DNA of 64,000 bases from positions 393,080,001 through 393,144,000 of the forward strand of contig OZ024741.1 in assembly GCA_964016885.1 (NCBI GenBank). Direction: 5' to 3'. Positions 11,774 to 26,735 of this stretch are shown here, piece after piece. Numbering within the stretch: position 1 is the first letter of the stretch; every line of letters begins with the position of its first letter. The notes beneath the pieces are model-generated. The model worked only from the letters and a program-made list of their open reading frames with translations, ran no database searches and was not told the origin of the DNA. Source of the stretch: Eledone cirrhosa (Eukaryota). Both the position numbers and the translations under genes were made by a program.

Positions 11774-14700
11774 AGATACACACACACATACAAACATATA
11801 CATCCCATATACTAGTATAAAAGTGTATGATAATGAAGATATATAGCACAAAGTATGCTGCACTATATATAGGTGCATAAAAATCAAGTGAACATTATAA
11901 ATTGATTTATTAGCCCTTTCCATGCTGACTTTAATGTGCTATAGACAGGGCAATAATAACAATAAAAAAAACTCTTCCTGAGTGGAATGATGAAAGAGAA
12001 GATATCCTTCACTGAAAGTAAAATGGTAAATATCTCTCTATAAAGAACCATATAATTCAAATTGCTAATTAGCCACCCAAACTAAAGTGAAGGGCTACAC
12101 CAGTGTAAGGAAAAGACTCATAACAGAGGTGTTTCTAATTAGTGTCTTACATTTAATATCACATTCAGTTTTTATTCTACAAGACAGACACTAATAGTGT
12201 TCAAATGGCCATACAAATATAAGTGAAAAACATAAAATTAAACAGAACTAAGACAAGAGAGAAGTTAAAAATAGTTATAAAAAAAGTTATATAAATCACA
12301 GCAAAACTTCATTTGAAACAAGCAAATATAATTCTATGATTAAAAAAAACAACCTAGATGATGTGTTTATACACATAATGTTCATTGACTGTTTACACTG
12401 ACAAAACTTAAAATGGTATCAAAAGTTAGTGCTAAAAAACATTAAACATGCTAGTTCTCATTAATCACCTCAGTCAAGAAAACTATTCTTTTGAAAATCA
12501 CATATTAAAACCTAGTCATTAAATAAAATTCTAAATACAATATCAAGATATACAACACTTTATTATCTTTTATGAAGATGATGGTTAACAGGTTTAGAAC
12601 ATGAGAAGAAAATATTTAAAAATATGATATTCTATATAATTTTCAAGAATAAAGGTGAAACTACAACCGTTAGGGCAATGATAATACAAATTAATAGGGC
12701 TGCTACCATCCCTTGGAACTGTGAAATTATAGGATACTGGCAAGTGTTAATAGAACAGATATTAAAACTGATAGTTATGAAGCCAAAGATAGGTTGGCAA
12801 AACATCTTGTAATGCAACGTTAAGTGTTGAATGGTTTTTATAACAGTGCTTCATCAGGTATGCCATTGATACAATAGTAATAATTACAAATAGAATTGTA
12901 TAAGCATGAATAGTGATATTAACAATTTCGCAACTTGTACAAGAATATAGTCAATTAAATTGGCTTCCAGCACTTGACTAGTATTTATTTTATGGTCCCC
13001 AAAATGAGGAAAAGCAAAGTCAACCATAGCAAGATTTGAAACAGAATATAAAACACAACTAAATATCACACGGCATGTTGACCAGTGCTCTAGAAATTCT
13101 GCCATTCATTTCCCTTATAATAATAAATATGAAGTCTGAGGCAAACAGTTATCAGGTATATAACTGCCTAATAATAATAATAATATGGATTTATTAAATT
13201 TTCACCAGGCCACATAATTTTTAGGAGAGAGAGACACAGTCAAAGATGCTCAAACCTATAATATATATTCTTGACACTTCAAATACCATTCTTTTATGAA
13301 AAGAATATGACAAATCTGAAAGCTTGGACAAGTTCTAAGGATTATTATTGCATGCAAGCAATTATAAATATCTGATAATTGCTGCAAATATTTCAGTCAT
13401 GCTTTTAGATATACCAATTATTTCATTATTTATTTTGGCATTTTGATAGTTTAGGCATTATAGGCTTAATTTAGCAATCCTAGAGGTATGACAATCAAAA
13501 TCAAACCCAACTGGATTTGAACGGAGACTGTAAAGGGATATAATTAAATATTGTAAAGCATATATATAATCTGGTATTCTGCCACTCTAATAATTATTAT
13601 CATAATGACGAGGGTGATGATAATTGTGCTTGCAAGTCAAGAAGTGTCTTATTCAAGGACAAAATGCCATCAGCAGTATAGAAACTCAGTGTAAGGCACC
13701 AAGAGTCTATTGCTTTAGCAGCAGAAATAACCTTAATAAGAATAGTTGTAGTATCAGCATTAATATTATTGAAATACAGAGGTGGGTAATAGTAACAGCA
13801 GGCCAAAAATGCAATAATGATTACTTCTTTTGTTTACTAGACCCATGAAATGGTATACGGTTAGTACATTCCTGTTATAGATTTCACCAACCTGTGATAA
13901 TACTGACTCCATTGAAGGATGAAATGAAATAGTGTTAAACACATCACTAAACAACTGTCTCTGCCACTGCAATAATATAAGATAAAACTGAAATATCTTA
14001 TAGAGATTGTGCTTATCTTTAAGGAATATATTTCCAAATTCCTTTCAAGTAGCAGTGCTCCAGTATGGTCACAGCCAACTAATAAAACATTGAAAAACTA
14101 AGTTCAAGGTTATCATATCATGCACTGCATTGTAATATTAAATACTACTTTTGTATATTTATATACCCACAGCTCATGGGATGGGACAGGTAATAGAGTA
14201 TATACTCACACACACACACATATATATATATATTTACATTACATATATATATATATATATACTAAGATGTAGTAGTTTGCTTATCTAGCAATTAGAGAAA
14301 TCAGGATTACACTATAACAATGAGAATAAGCAGGGTTTTCTTTCCCACCCCTGCATTATATAATCAAAACATTCTAATTTCTTAGATAAATTTTAAGTGA
14401 ATAAATGTTTAAAATATTACAAATATGTATTAGTTTCTTAAAATATAACTGCTCCCCATCAAAGAAAAAAGAAAAAAAAAGACAGAATTGACATGATGAA
14501 GCAAAATAAAAAATTGAGCCAACTTTTCAGCAGCATCTTCAACCTAATGGAGATAAACCATCAATGAAAGGTCCATAAACATTTTCTGTCTTAAATACCT
14601 ATTATGTTGTATATCAAATTCAATGAACTCACCTGGAGATAAATTATAAATAAATATTTTCTTTTATTGGGGTGGGATCAGATTTTTCAGTAAAGAATCT

Positions 14701-15604
14701 AAGATATATATTGGGAAATTTGTTGTTGCTGTTGTTAGAATTATTATTATTATTATTATTATTATTATGGTTATTGTGAAACCTACTTTATTAAATTAAA
14801 TGTGTTAATTCCCCAAATATATTTATAAATTAATCTTAAATATGATAGAAAATATAGAGTTAAATATCAACAAGAGAAATTTCTAAATATCTAAGCAAAA
14901 AAACAAAACAAAAAAAAAACAATTTCAGTCATTTTAGAATGATTTATCAAAATGGGCAAAATAGGAAACAAATGTATGAGAAACAATATTTGGATGCACA
15001 CAAGCATAAAGTTTATCTTTAAATATATGCAAAATATCAAGATTGCATCTTACAATATATACACTGGAGTGACATATTAAGTGCTTTCTTTATAAAGAAG
15101 TCTAGTTTCCAAGAAAATAATGAATACTAAAGAAGGAAAATGCAAATAAAAATGATTTTTAAATTTAATTCATAAGATAAAGCAGGTGGTAATGATAGAA
15201 ATAATGTAAGCAGTAATTTGTGTTGCAGATACACTGAAAAAAAAACACAATTCAAATTAATTTTCACATCTTTAGAGAAGACTGCAAAATTATCTTGTAA
15301 TGATTTAGCAGAAAATATCTAAAATGAAGTATGTTAATTCAAATATTTATAGTATTTTTACCATTAGGCAAGTCATTGTAAAAATTTGCAGTATTAGACT
15401 AAAGACTTTAATTTTCAATGTGATAGTCACAGAGTTGTTTTGTAATTTTTTAAAATGCCTTTTGCAGCTTCACACAGTGTAGGATGTTAAAAAATAATAA
15501 CTTGGTTATGGAATTCAGTCAATCTGCAAACATAATTTCAGTTTGAGTAAATAAAAGTAAACAGAAAATCACAATATATATGTGAGAGAGAGAGAGAGAG
15601 AGAG

Positions 15605-15655
<51 letters not shown>

Positions 15656-17224
15656 AATTTTAATAATTGATAACATTTAATATATTAAAAAATGATTTTA
15701 TTAATTTTTAATTACAGATATCAAGAAAAAGTATGGAAGCCAGAAACCTATATTTTTTATATGTTTTCTATTAAGTTATATTGTATAATGCACCAGCTCA
15801 AGAGAATGAACTACTAATATTCTTACGTAATTCCTTAAATTTAATACATATTGATACACCAGAGAAAATTTATTTTTATTTTATCTTAGAATTTATCTAT
15901 AATCACTTAATAGAAATCTGCCTAAACCAGCTTGATGATTTAATTAAATAGTCTAACAATTAATAATTCTAACTAAATTTTTCATAACCTTATACAAAGA
16001 TAAAGATTAAATGTCCAACTAATCAGTTATTGGCTATTTCTGTTGATTGTAGTTCGTAAAAGTGATGAACTTGCTATTTACATTATCAAAGGCATTCCAG
16101 GTGTAACTATTTAACATATATACTATATATTCTAGACACTATCTAGAACATAATTTACTGCACATTTGCAAGATTTGGCTGCTAATTCTAACAGGCTGAA
16201 CAACCATGTAGAAGCTCCCTTGTAGTTATTAAGGTAACCATGAAGAAGAATAAGCAGTAGATTGATCAATAAATCATAAACTATAGCGTTTTAAATAAAT
16301 TATACTTTCTCATGACTATAAAACAAATTGAGAACAATAGTTGTGTTGTTTAGCCAGAAGTCAGCTTTGATTGAGCAGTCTTGATCAAAACCATCCCAGC
16401 TTTACCATATTGTCTTTCTTCTCAGATACAATGTAGTCTTTCCTTTCTAAAGACAGTAAGGATTGATTTGAAGATTTGGCTGCTATTTCTAAGTCTAGTG
16501 ATCACATAGAGGCTTTCTTGTTGGATTGACAATAGTTCTGTTGTTGTTTAACACAAGAGCAAGCTTCATTGTGCAAGACCATGAACAAATCAGTCCAGCT
16601 GTGACCATCCAGTCTTTTTAAGAGTATCTCAGACTACATTATCCAAAGTATCCCTACTTGAGGGAGAATTGCCAACTATTTCTAGCATGCTAAGCAACTA
16701 TGTAGAGCCTCTCAAGCTCATAGATTAAAAAAAAATGTTCTTCTTTAGTTACAACCACATTTGAATATCTGTGTATATCAATATAAAAGTGATCACAAAT
16801 TATATTTCTGTGTATCAAAACAAATGTAGGATTTTGAAATATAACTTGGCAAGAAGAAAGACTCAATGAAAACTGGGCCAAAACTTTATTAAAAATAGAA
16901 AAAAAAGAAAACAACAGCTATTTTATCTTTGACTTTTTCATGTTTTTATTAAAATAACTGAATACAATTTAACATAATTTACAATGTAACTGGTATATAA
17001 AATGCAACATGACTAAATATTTAATATTACCATATGAAAAGATAGATAATGTAAGCACAAGATAGAAAGTATCTTGCTCAAAGGATACAGCATAGTGTCT
17101 GCAGCAGGGTAAGAACTCAAAACTTAAGAACCATTTAACCTAACCTATTTAGACTATTGTTCTTTTTCAGATAATGCTGAGACAGTACTATGAATCAATT
17201 AAAATTTTAAAGAAAAAAATTAAG

Positions 17225-17271
<47 letters not shown>

Positions 17272-19129
17272 GTGTGTGTGTGTATGTATAATACAAGTAG
17301 TTGCAAAAGGTTTTCAGGTATATTAAAAGAAAAATCTAAGAAATTCTAAAAGAAGCTTTGAATATTCAAATGCAAATATTAGATATCTATAAAACTATCT
17401 GGAAGTTTTTATTTAACATCAATTGAAATTAAAACATATTTTAAAGTCATAAGAAAAATCTGTCTTCCAAATATTTTATTTTAAATAGACTTCAAAGTTT
17501 CCATTAACAAAAAAAGCTTGTTTGTGTTTGTATTGCTCATACTGTGTGTGTGTGTTTCTTTATCAACCACATTAACACAGTAGAAGATAATTGTACTCAT
17601 TTGGTGAAGGGAGTAATAAAAAAATTCCCAAAACAAATATCATATAAAAGAAAACACATATAAAAATGAAAAGTAACTTTTCTTTCACTATTTTTTTTAC
17701 TTTTTTGTTCTTTTGATTAGAATAAAATTACATCATTGATGTGCATAGAAATAAAAATAAATAAATTTAAATAAATAATGTGTACATTCTCACAGCCAAT
17801 TTTACAAGTATAATAGTACTGCAATAAAAATGAAAGTTCACTCTCACCTCATCCAAAGAAGAGAATATATAAATAATATATGAATAAATAAAAGCATTGC
17901 AAGATAATTAGCATTATCAAAATAATGAAAAGCTATTTAAATTTTCTACTTCAAAAATAAAATTAGGTTTACTGCAATAGTTCAACTGATTTACTTTTAT
18001 TGTAATAAGCAATAAATAAACTTCCATAATTAATTGGCATTTGTGAGTCCAAATAGCCCATTGGGTCATTGGAACATCACTGAAGAGTTCCTCAGCCAAG
18101 TGATGTCCATCCTTCTCCATGCAATTTCTAATTTAATGAAATACTTGTCAATTCATTTTACAGAGTTCCCACTGGTTATAGTTCTGAGTTATACAATCAT
18201 ACAATATCTATTCACACAAAATAATATATATAATATGAATACCATATAGAGAAATTTGTTAACTTTCCTGTTGGAACACCCTATCAACTTGACTAGTTAA
18301 AATATAAATCTACTTTCAAAACAAAGCCATGTAAATAAATATATATATATATATATATTCATTTTGGTAATAATAAGTTGAAATAAAATGGAAACGTCTT
18401 GGTTATTGATGAATGAGGACCTAAAAATAAAATATGAATCTGATGTAACACAGACTGTATCTTTCACATAAGTGATAAAAAAAAGAGTACTAAAGAAATC
18501 AAAAAAACAAATTGACAAAACCAAATCAAGATATAATTTTTGTCAATATATATATATGTATAGTTTGGTATATTTTATCTTAGTTCATCAAGCGACATTA
18601 GTGCATACAGGACAGAGCACCTGATGAAGCATACATGTAGGTCAGTGCACTCTGGAGTATTGGTGTAACAATGAAGTAGAAGCCAGTGGGTTAGAATTTT
18701 CTTCATTTTATTGATTATATTGATGGTAACTGTGATTTAAGAATTATGACCTCATCACACCGTGATGGTGCCATGATAAAAATGCACCTAGTCAACTGTG
18801 TAAAGTGGTAGTGCTGATGTCACGAAGGAAAATATCCACTCCACCCAGTAAGGTAGTAATGCTAGAGTCATGATAAAATGTTCCCAGTTCATGCTGTAAA
18901 ATGGTTGGTGTTAGGAAAGGCATCCATCTATAGAAACCATGCTCCCAGTACACACTGTATAATGGTTGGCATTAAGAAGGACAAACCAAGTCAAATATGG
19001 AACTTACAAGCAAGACATGGTCACTTGACTAGTCTACGCTCAAAATGTGACAACCTCTTCAACACATGGAAACATAGAAAATAGACGTTAAACTATGATC
19101 ATACATATGTATATATATATTATCAATCT

Positions 19130-19560
19130 ACATCAGCTTTTTCTATGGGTTGGATGAGTCCTTTCTTGCACAGACTCCTTCCACTCATAGCATTACTTCA
19201 TCTCATCTGTGCTGTCCAGCATTTGAAATTAGCTCTAAGTAGTGCTGTCCAGATTTTTCTCAGCTTCTTTCCACTGGCATCACCAGATACTTCTTCACCC
19301 AGCACAGTCTTCTGTCATGCACACAACATCTAATTCCTCTTATACCTCAGTTCATCCATGCTTTGCCATTCATGCATACTAACACTGCATATCCAACACA
19401 AAGCATGCTCGCTGTTCCTCTCCAGTCGCCATATATCCTTTGCATTTACCACTCATGTCTCATTGCCATGCAACATCACACCTCTCACACAATCTACACT
19501 TTTATACACAAATATGATTTGTTTTGCCCTGGGCATACAAGTTAGAACAGATTGAGTGAA
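19130..19560 (-). mobile_element. Degenerate RTE LINE 3' fragment
   Basis: Reverse complement resembles the LHGNETW..RMLCWIC region of the RTE copies at 49208-52908. Confidence 0.55.
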
Positions 19561-19598
19561 CTAGCCTAAATGGAGAGGGCCTTCGTTGGGATTATACC

Positions 19599-19642
<44 letters not shown>

Positions 19643-20989
19643 AAGTTTATCATAACTATAGTTATTAAATCTACAAGTTAAAACAGAAATTAAAATACTT
19701 TTTTTTTTTATTTATGTGTGTAGAGAAGGATAATGTATTTATTGGCTTGGCTGTAGCAGTGGGTACTGTGTTTTAGGTTTGCTTGTGTCATATTCCTGGT
19801 AATCCCATCTGTTAATTCCACCAGACCTTATTATGGTTAGGCCTGCTCACAGAATACAAAGAGAGCATTTTTCTTTCTGTTGGAATATGAAGAGATATTG
19901 TGGGTGATGTGTGTCAACTATCTCAACCAATTTAGTGTGCAAAAGATATTTAACACATAGCTAAAATTATTTGTTTACGTAGAAAAAACATGGAATATAT
20001 TTCACAAAACAGGTGCCAAAATGAATTCATAGAACATGTAATATTAGAATAGACCAAAGTATTTCAGACAATTAATTTAATGAGTAGCTCTGAATCTCAA
20101 AATATTTTAGAAATAACTCTCTGAAATTTATATGTAATATCAGAGATGTGTCACAAAATATCTGGTATACTTGCAGATAAATATTTAACATGTGTATGAG
20201 AATAATATTTAACTAAGAAGCAGTAGACTGCCAGTACAATATACATGCAATATATATCTGTATGTAATAAAATCCTCATCATAATCATTATCAGCATCAC
20301 CAGTTATAACTATTAAACTATTTTAAAAGAGAAATAGAATTAAAAATGAAAAAATAAATAAATAAACGTATATAAACATAAATATATAAATAATAATCAG
20401 TAATATTTTTTTATCTTTGTTTCTTTTTATATTTTTCTTCCACCCTAAATTTAACAAATTTTGAAAGGCACCCATGAAAAAGAAAAAGTACATGAAACAG
20501 ATTAAAATAAACCAAGTCTTGGGGAAATAAATTCACAAAAGAAAGCTAAAGTAATTAAGGAGAGCATTCATTGTATATATATCAATTAGTTTTCAACGAT
20601 ATATATAATCGCTATTTTTATCAACTTACTGAATACTTTAATTTTTATTTTGAAATAATTTTATCCCCCCAAAACAAAAGGCTAATATGATACTTTCTAT
20701 CATTCTATAAATATTCAGGTAAAAAAACAAACAATCGGGTAGTCACAAGTAAACTTACAAATGTTGTCAGTCTAGTGACTGTTAACACTGAATACTAGAG
20801 AAGGTATGTATATTGATTAGGAGCAGAGAAATAATCTGTTCTAAGAATATGAACAGATAACGTAAAAAAAAGCTATAAAAAAATATTAAAAGGTCACAAA
20901 TTTTAGGTGAGAGGATAGTCAAATGAACTAACCTTTGTGTAACTTAATACAATATATTTTGTTCAGTGTTTTACCAAGAAGAAGAGGAG

Positions 20990-21812
20990 GAGGTACAAAG
21001 AGGTTACTTAAAAAAGGAGACAGAGGGTTTGATTATGGCAGCCCAGGTCCAGACAATAAGAACTAATTGGATCAAGGTTAATGTGAAGAAGGTGATCACA
21101 TCACCATTGTGTAGGATGTGTGTGAAGGTAAATGAGACAATTAGTCATATTGTCTCAGAATGTTCACAATTGGCTCAGAATGAATACAAAACTTGGAGAC
21201 ATGATAAAATGGCAGCATTGGGGATTATGTAAAAGGTTGGGGTTCAACTGTATAGAAAATGGTATGTAACAAAAGAGATTAAAGTGCTGGAAAATGATGA
21301 AGTCAAAATTCTGTGGGATATTACAATAGAAACAGAAACAAAGATTGATCACAACAAACCAGACATAGTTCTGATACTCAAGAAAGAAACAAAATGTTTT
21401 ATTATAGATGTGGCATGTCATTTTGACATGAGGATAACAGATAAAGAAAAAGAAAAGAATAAGAAAAGAAAAACTACTACAAAAATTTCAAATATGAAGT
21501 TCTGAAAGTATGGAGAGGTGAAGTAAACAAGGTAATATTGGTACCAATAATTATAGGAGCCCTGGGATGAGTAATGGACAATCTTACAAAAAATTTGCTA
21601 CAAATTGATTTGATCTTGGCATAGAGCCTGTACAAAAGACATGCCTACTTGGCTCTGCCAGAATAATTAGTGATGGATACCACCTAGAAGAGTAAAAAGC
21701 AAATCTTATCATCTTAAGCTCTGAGATGAGGCCTGATGGTAAGAAGAAATATACCGGTAGTTAACATCAACACTGTGCAATGATGAAGATAACATTTGAT
21801 AATAATAATAAT
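20990..21812 (+). mobile_element. Dong/R4-like LINE 3' fragment (CCHC finger and RLE endonuclease)
   Basis: LKKETEGLIMAAQ, CRMC..ETISHIVSEC, KILWD, NKPDIV, IIDVA, IIGALG; ends in (AAT)n. Confidence 0.85.
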
Positions 21813-24251
21813 ATTCTTCCATGGAAGAAGTTGAAAACTTTTGGAGAAAGATTTGGAGTGATGAGAAGTTATATAATGCTAATGTAGATTGGATTAATCA
21901 CTTGGAAAAATCCTACACAAATTTACAAGAACAGGCATGGGAACACATCTCAATAGCAGACTTAAGGATGGCACTCAATAAAGCCCATAAATGGAAATCT
22001 CTTGGTAGAGATAGGGTGCCAAATTTCTGGCTTTCCTCACTCTCGTGCACTCATAATATAACTAAAGATAAAAAAAAATTATCGGCCCGTAACCTGCTTG
22101 TCCACCACTTATAAAATATTAACATCTATTCTCATGGAGAAAGCATATGTATTTATGGAGGAGAACAATCTTCTCCCCATTGAATAAAAAGGGTGCCGAC
22201 GAGGTTCATATGGTTGTGAAGATCAACTCTTGATTAATCGTATGATCCTTGAGAATGGTCATCATAAGCGCAGAAATCTCAGTTCCACATGGATCAATTA
22301 CAATAAAGCTTTCGATAGCATACCACACAACTGGATTCTGAAATCATTGGACATCTTCAAAATCTCACCTGTAATTTCAAACTTCCTGAAACATAATATG
22401 TCATTGTGGAACACAAATCTCCAATGATATCATTCCAATGAAGTACTAAGTTCTAACAATATAAGCAATAACTGTGGAATTTTCCAAGGTGACCTGCTTT
22501 GCTTTCACCCTTAATTTTTTGCATAGCATTAATACCACTTACAACTGAACTTAATAGAACAGGGTATGGTTATAAAATTGACAAGAAAATAAGCCACCTA
22601 TTTTATATGGATGATTTAAAGCTATATGGCCAAGACAATAACAAGCTTGAAGGCCTTTTATGGACTGTGAAAACATTTAATGATGGAGTTTGGACTTGAT
22701 AAGTGTGCCAAGGCCACTTTCAAGAAAGGGAAGCTTGTCAACACAAATTCAGTTGAATTAGATGTTGAAACAGTCATAAAGAAACTTGAGCAGGAACAAA
22801 CCTATAAATACTTAGGGATTAATGAGGGCTCTGGCATTCAGGATGCAAGTATAAAAGAGAAGATAAAGAAGGAATATTACAGGAGAGTATGCACAGTTCT
22901 GAGATCAGAACTAAATGCACATAACAAGGTGTTAGCCATAAATTCCTTGGGAGTCCCAGTTATTACTTATAGCTTCGATGTGTTGAACTAGAATATAAGT
23001 GAAATTAAAAGAATCAACTCCAAAATTCATAAATTACTAACTTCTAATAAAATCTAAAACTCAAGGAGGCCATGGCCTGATCCAATTCGAACTTACCTAC
23101 AAGACCACCACAATCAGACTGAAACAACAAATGACTAGATGCTGAAACTCGTTGAAAAACATAAGAGGAGTAAGAAGCTTTATTCTACCTTGAAGGAGAG
23201 CAAAAGATATGCTACCGATCTCAAGATTGATATCCAGATTGGACAGACTGAGGGAACTGTTGCAACTGTTGCTACTAAGAATATTAAGTTAATGGCAAAA
23301 GAAAAAGGGAAAGAGCAATTAGCATCAAAGTGGGAGCAGAAACCTCTGCATGGCAAAATATGTGACCTGGAACAAACAAGCTGATGTTGACCAAAAGCAC
23401 ACCCATCAGTGGCTATGTAGCTCAAGGCTAAAAGCAGAGAGCGAAGGCTTCATCTTAGCTGCCCAAGATCAAAGCTTACTGACATGGAATTACCAGGCCA
23501 ATGTGATGAGAAATGGAGTAAATCCAAAGTGCCAATTCTGCAATGTTGAAGTTGAAACAGTGGACCACCTAGTCTCTGAATGTAAAGTTTTAGCCCCAGT
23601 AGAGTACAAATATAGACATGACAGAGTTGGCTAATATCTACACTGGGTAATATGTTGGCATTATAAAATCAAAGCAGCTGACAAGTGGTACAATCATCAC
23701 CCTGAGGCTGTAACTGAAGGAGAAAAAGTAACAATTCTTGGGACTTTCCTGACCGGATCATAAAAGCTAATAGACCAGATATCATTGTTAAAGACCAATA
23801 TAGCAAGGTCTGTTTATTAATTGATATGAGCATCCCATGTGATCACAATATCGCGGCAAAAGAATTTGACAAGCTAAGAAAATGTAAAGATCTGCTTATT
23901 GAAATTGAAAAAATATGGCACCTCTAGGCCGTTACAATACCAGTAATTGCGGGAGCACTGGGAATGATCAAGAAAGGAACAGAACAGCATTTGTGAATGA
24001 TTCCTGGTTTACCCTCTCTGCACGAGGTGCAAACAATTGTTTTGACTGGTACTGCACATGTGTGAAGAAGAGCACTATCTCTGTAAGAATGATATCCCTC
24101 TTTGTGTAGATGAGTGTGTGTGTGCATGGATATCATTTATGTGTATGTATGTGTGTATGTATGTGTATGTTTGTGAGTATATATGTGTATATGTGTGTGC
24201 ATGTATATGTATGTATGTGTGTGTGTGTGTATGTATATGTGTGTGTGTGTG

Positions 24252-24308
<57 letters not shown>

Positions 24309-24466
24309 TTTTTTAGCTGTAAATTATAATCAATGTGGTGTGTTAACTGGCTTACCAATGTATACAGTGGATTTATTGCCCTAGGTGTCAGGAAGACACT
24401 CGGCATATATCAGACACAATACTGAAGGTAAAGGAAAAACAATAAAAATAATAATAATAATAATAA
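21813..24466 (+). mobile_element. Dong/R4-like LINE, 5'-truncated pseudo-ORF (RT, CCHC finger, RLE)
   Basis: KAFDSIPH, GIFQGD, LSPLIF, HLFYMDDLKLY, YKYLG, CQFC..ETVDHLVSEC, RPDI; many stops and frameshifts; (TG)n/(TA)n expansion in the 3' UTR; (AAT)n tail at ~24447-24466. Confidence 0.88.
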
Positions 24467-24819
24467 GTGAAATGTTAAATATTCATCTGGGAACATCAAA
24501 GGCATATAACTTTCTGGTTTTGAATCAGATCTGAGCATGTGTACATTTTCAAAGAACCACTTCTAAATGTGGTAGGGGGAACAACAACACTTGGAGGAAG
24601 ACCAAGCCAAAGAACATTTTTAAAAATGTATTTATCTACACAAAAAAAAAAAAACGATTAAAACAAAAACAATTTCTTACATGAGGTGGGTTGGGAGTGG
24701 ATTTGTTATATTAATGCCTTTCCAAAGGAGAGCAAATTCTGTAAGGTCATTACAATCAGAGTTTGGGTGGTGGACTCCATTTGTTGAAAAATTACTGCAA
24801 CACCATAATAATAATAATA

Positions 24820-26030
24820 ATTTCTACTATAGGCACAAGGCCAGCAATTTTTGGGGAGGGGGGAAGTTGATTAAATCAACCCCAGTGCATTACTGTTACT
24901 TTATTTTATTGACTATGTTAGGATGAAAGGCAGGATTTGAACTCAGATCGTAAAGGGTTGTAACTATGCCATAAAGCATGTTGTCCAATGTTCCACCAAT
25001 ACTGCCAATCCTCTGCACAATAATAATAATAATTGTTTCTACTTTTAGCACAAGGCCAGCAATTACCCAGTGTATTACTGGTACTTTATTTTATCGACCC
25101 CGTAAGAATGAAAGGCAAAGTTAACCTCGGCGGGATTTGAACTCAGATAGTAAAGGGACGTAACTATGGTGGAAAGCATGGCGTCCAACCCTCTACCGAT
25201 ACTGCCAATTCACCAGTTTCTAACAATGGCACAAGGCCAGCAATTTGTGGGGAGGGGAAAGTTGATTATATAGACTCTAGTACTTAATTGGTATTTTATA
25301 TTATTGATCCCAGAAGGCTGAAAGGTAAAGTTGACCTCAGGATGTAAACTTAGAACATTAAAGTGCCCACACATATACCACATAAAGATAATTGTTTCTA
25401 CTTTTGGCAAAAGGCCAACATTTACCCAGTACATTACTGGTACTTTATTTTATCGATCCCGTAAGGATGAAAGGCAAAGTTAACCTCGGCAGGATCTGAA
25501 CTCAAACCATAAAGGGGCATAACTCTATGCTGCAAAGCATGGCGACTGAACCTCTACTGATACTGCCAATCATTTCTAACAGAGGCACAAGACCAGCAAT
25601 TTAGGAGGAGGGGGATCAATTTCCAATATTTAATCAATTCCCAATACTTAGCTAATATTTTATTTTATCAAGTTCAGAAAGATTCAAGTTGACCTCTGTG
25701 ATTCTTCCTTTCAGGGTCAATGAAATAAAATATGAATGAAATACTGAAGTTGATATAAACAACTTTTCTCTCCTCCAAAACTTGTGACCTTGTGACTATG
25801 TCAGAAATTATTATTATTATTATTATTGTATAATAATAAAGGGCGGTGGATTGGCAGTATCGGTAGAGGGTCGGACGCCATGCTTTGACGCATAGAGTTA
25901 CGGCCCTTGCCATTCTGAGTTCAAATCCCGCCGAGGTTAACTTTGCCTTTCATCCTTACGGGGTCAATAAAATAAAGTACCAGTAATACACTGGGTAATT
26001 GCTGGCCTTGTGCCAATAGTAGAAACAATT
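24820..26030. mobile_element. Cluster of family A SINEs: ~24820-25015 (-), 25032-25214 (-), 25391-25571 (-), 25839-26028 (+), plus older fragments
   Basis: Repeated family A core and B-box separated by (AAT)n. Confidence 0.85.
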
Positions 26031-26039
26031 ATTATTATT

Positions 26040-26300
26040 GCATTTGTTTTGTAAGGTTTTTGATAGGAAATTGTGTTGAAACAGATATTGTTATATTTGG
26101 AGAGGTTCATGTTGTCCTGATATTGCCAAAAATAATGAAAGACACCCACTGACTGGTTTGGTTTTCGCTTTAGTATATCTTTACATTTTTATAAATGATT
26201 TAGCTATAAAGATATACTGAAGCGAAAACCAAACCAGACAGTGGGTGTGTTTCATTATTATTTTTGGCAATATCAGGACAACATGACCCTCTCCAAATAT
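26040..26300. mobile_element. Small Penelope-related fold-back element (inverted 3' ends, one-sided tail)
   Basis: Arms 26093-26183 and 26207-26300; terminus gtgttgaaacagatattgttatatttggagaggttcatgttg matches the Penelope terminus at 31248-31291. Confidence 0.75.
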
Positions 26301-26332
26301 TACTATTATTATTATTATTAGTAGTAGTAGTA

Positions 26333-26487
26333 AGGGTGGTGGAATGGCATCGGTAGAGTGTTGGGCAACATGCTTTGCCTTTCATCCTTACGGAATCAAT
26401 AAAATAAAGTACCAGTCACGCACTGGGTCGATGTAATCAACTCTCCCCCTCCCTCAAAATTGCTGGCCTTGTGCCTAAGTAAGAAAC
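26333..26487 (+). mobile_element. Family A SINE with internal deletion
   Basis: A-box head joined directly to the gcctttcatcctt core; B-box missing. Confidence 0.7.
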
Positions 26488-26735
26488 CCTTATCATTATT
26501 AGTATTACTATTGTTATTATTATTATTATTACTACTACTACTACTATTACTATTATTATCATCATCATTAACTACAAGAGAAGATGGCATGTGCAAATTC
26601 AATGATAAAAAAAATGCATGAATATAAATAGATTAAATAATGAGAAAAACTAAAAAATTAAGATATAAACTCAACAAAACTTAACATAATTCGCAGCAAT
26701 ATTACAACACAAAACCCATTTTAAAAAGTGATTTC

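Noticed and set aside
16020-16715. Recurring ttggctgctatttcta motifs
   Set aside because: Appear to be highly decayed copies of an old repeat; boundaries and identity cannot be defined by eye
18615-18650. gcacCTGATGA..gtgc hammerhead-like or C/D-box-like motif
   Set aside because: No GAAA core and no convincing stem II; at best a decayed remnant
24058-24406. Overlapping ORFs rich in C/V/Y/I/H/T
   Set aside because: Translations of (TG)n/(TA)n microsatellites; the same applies to most short ORFs in the track
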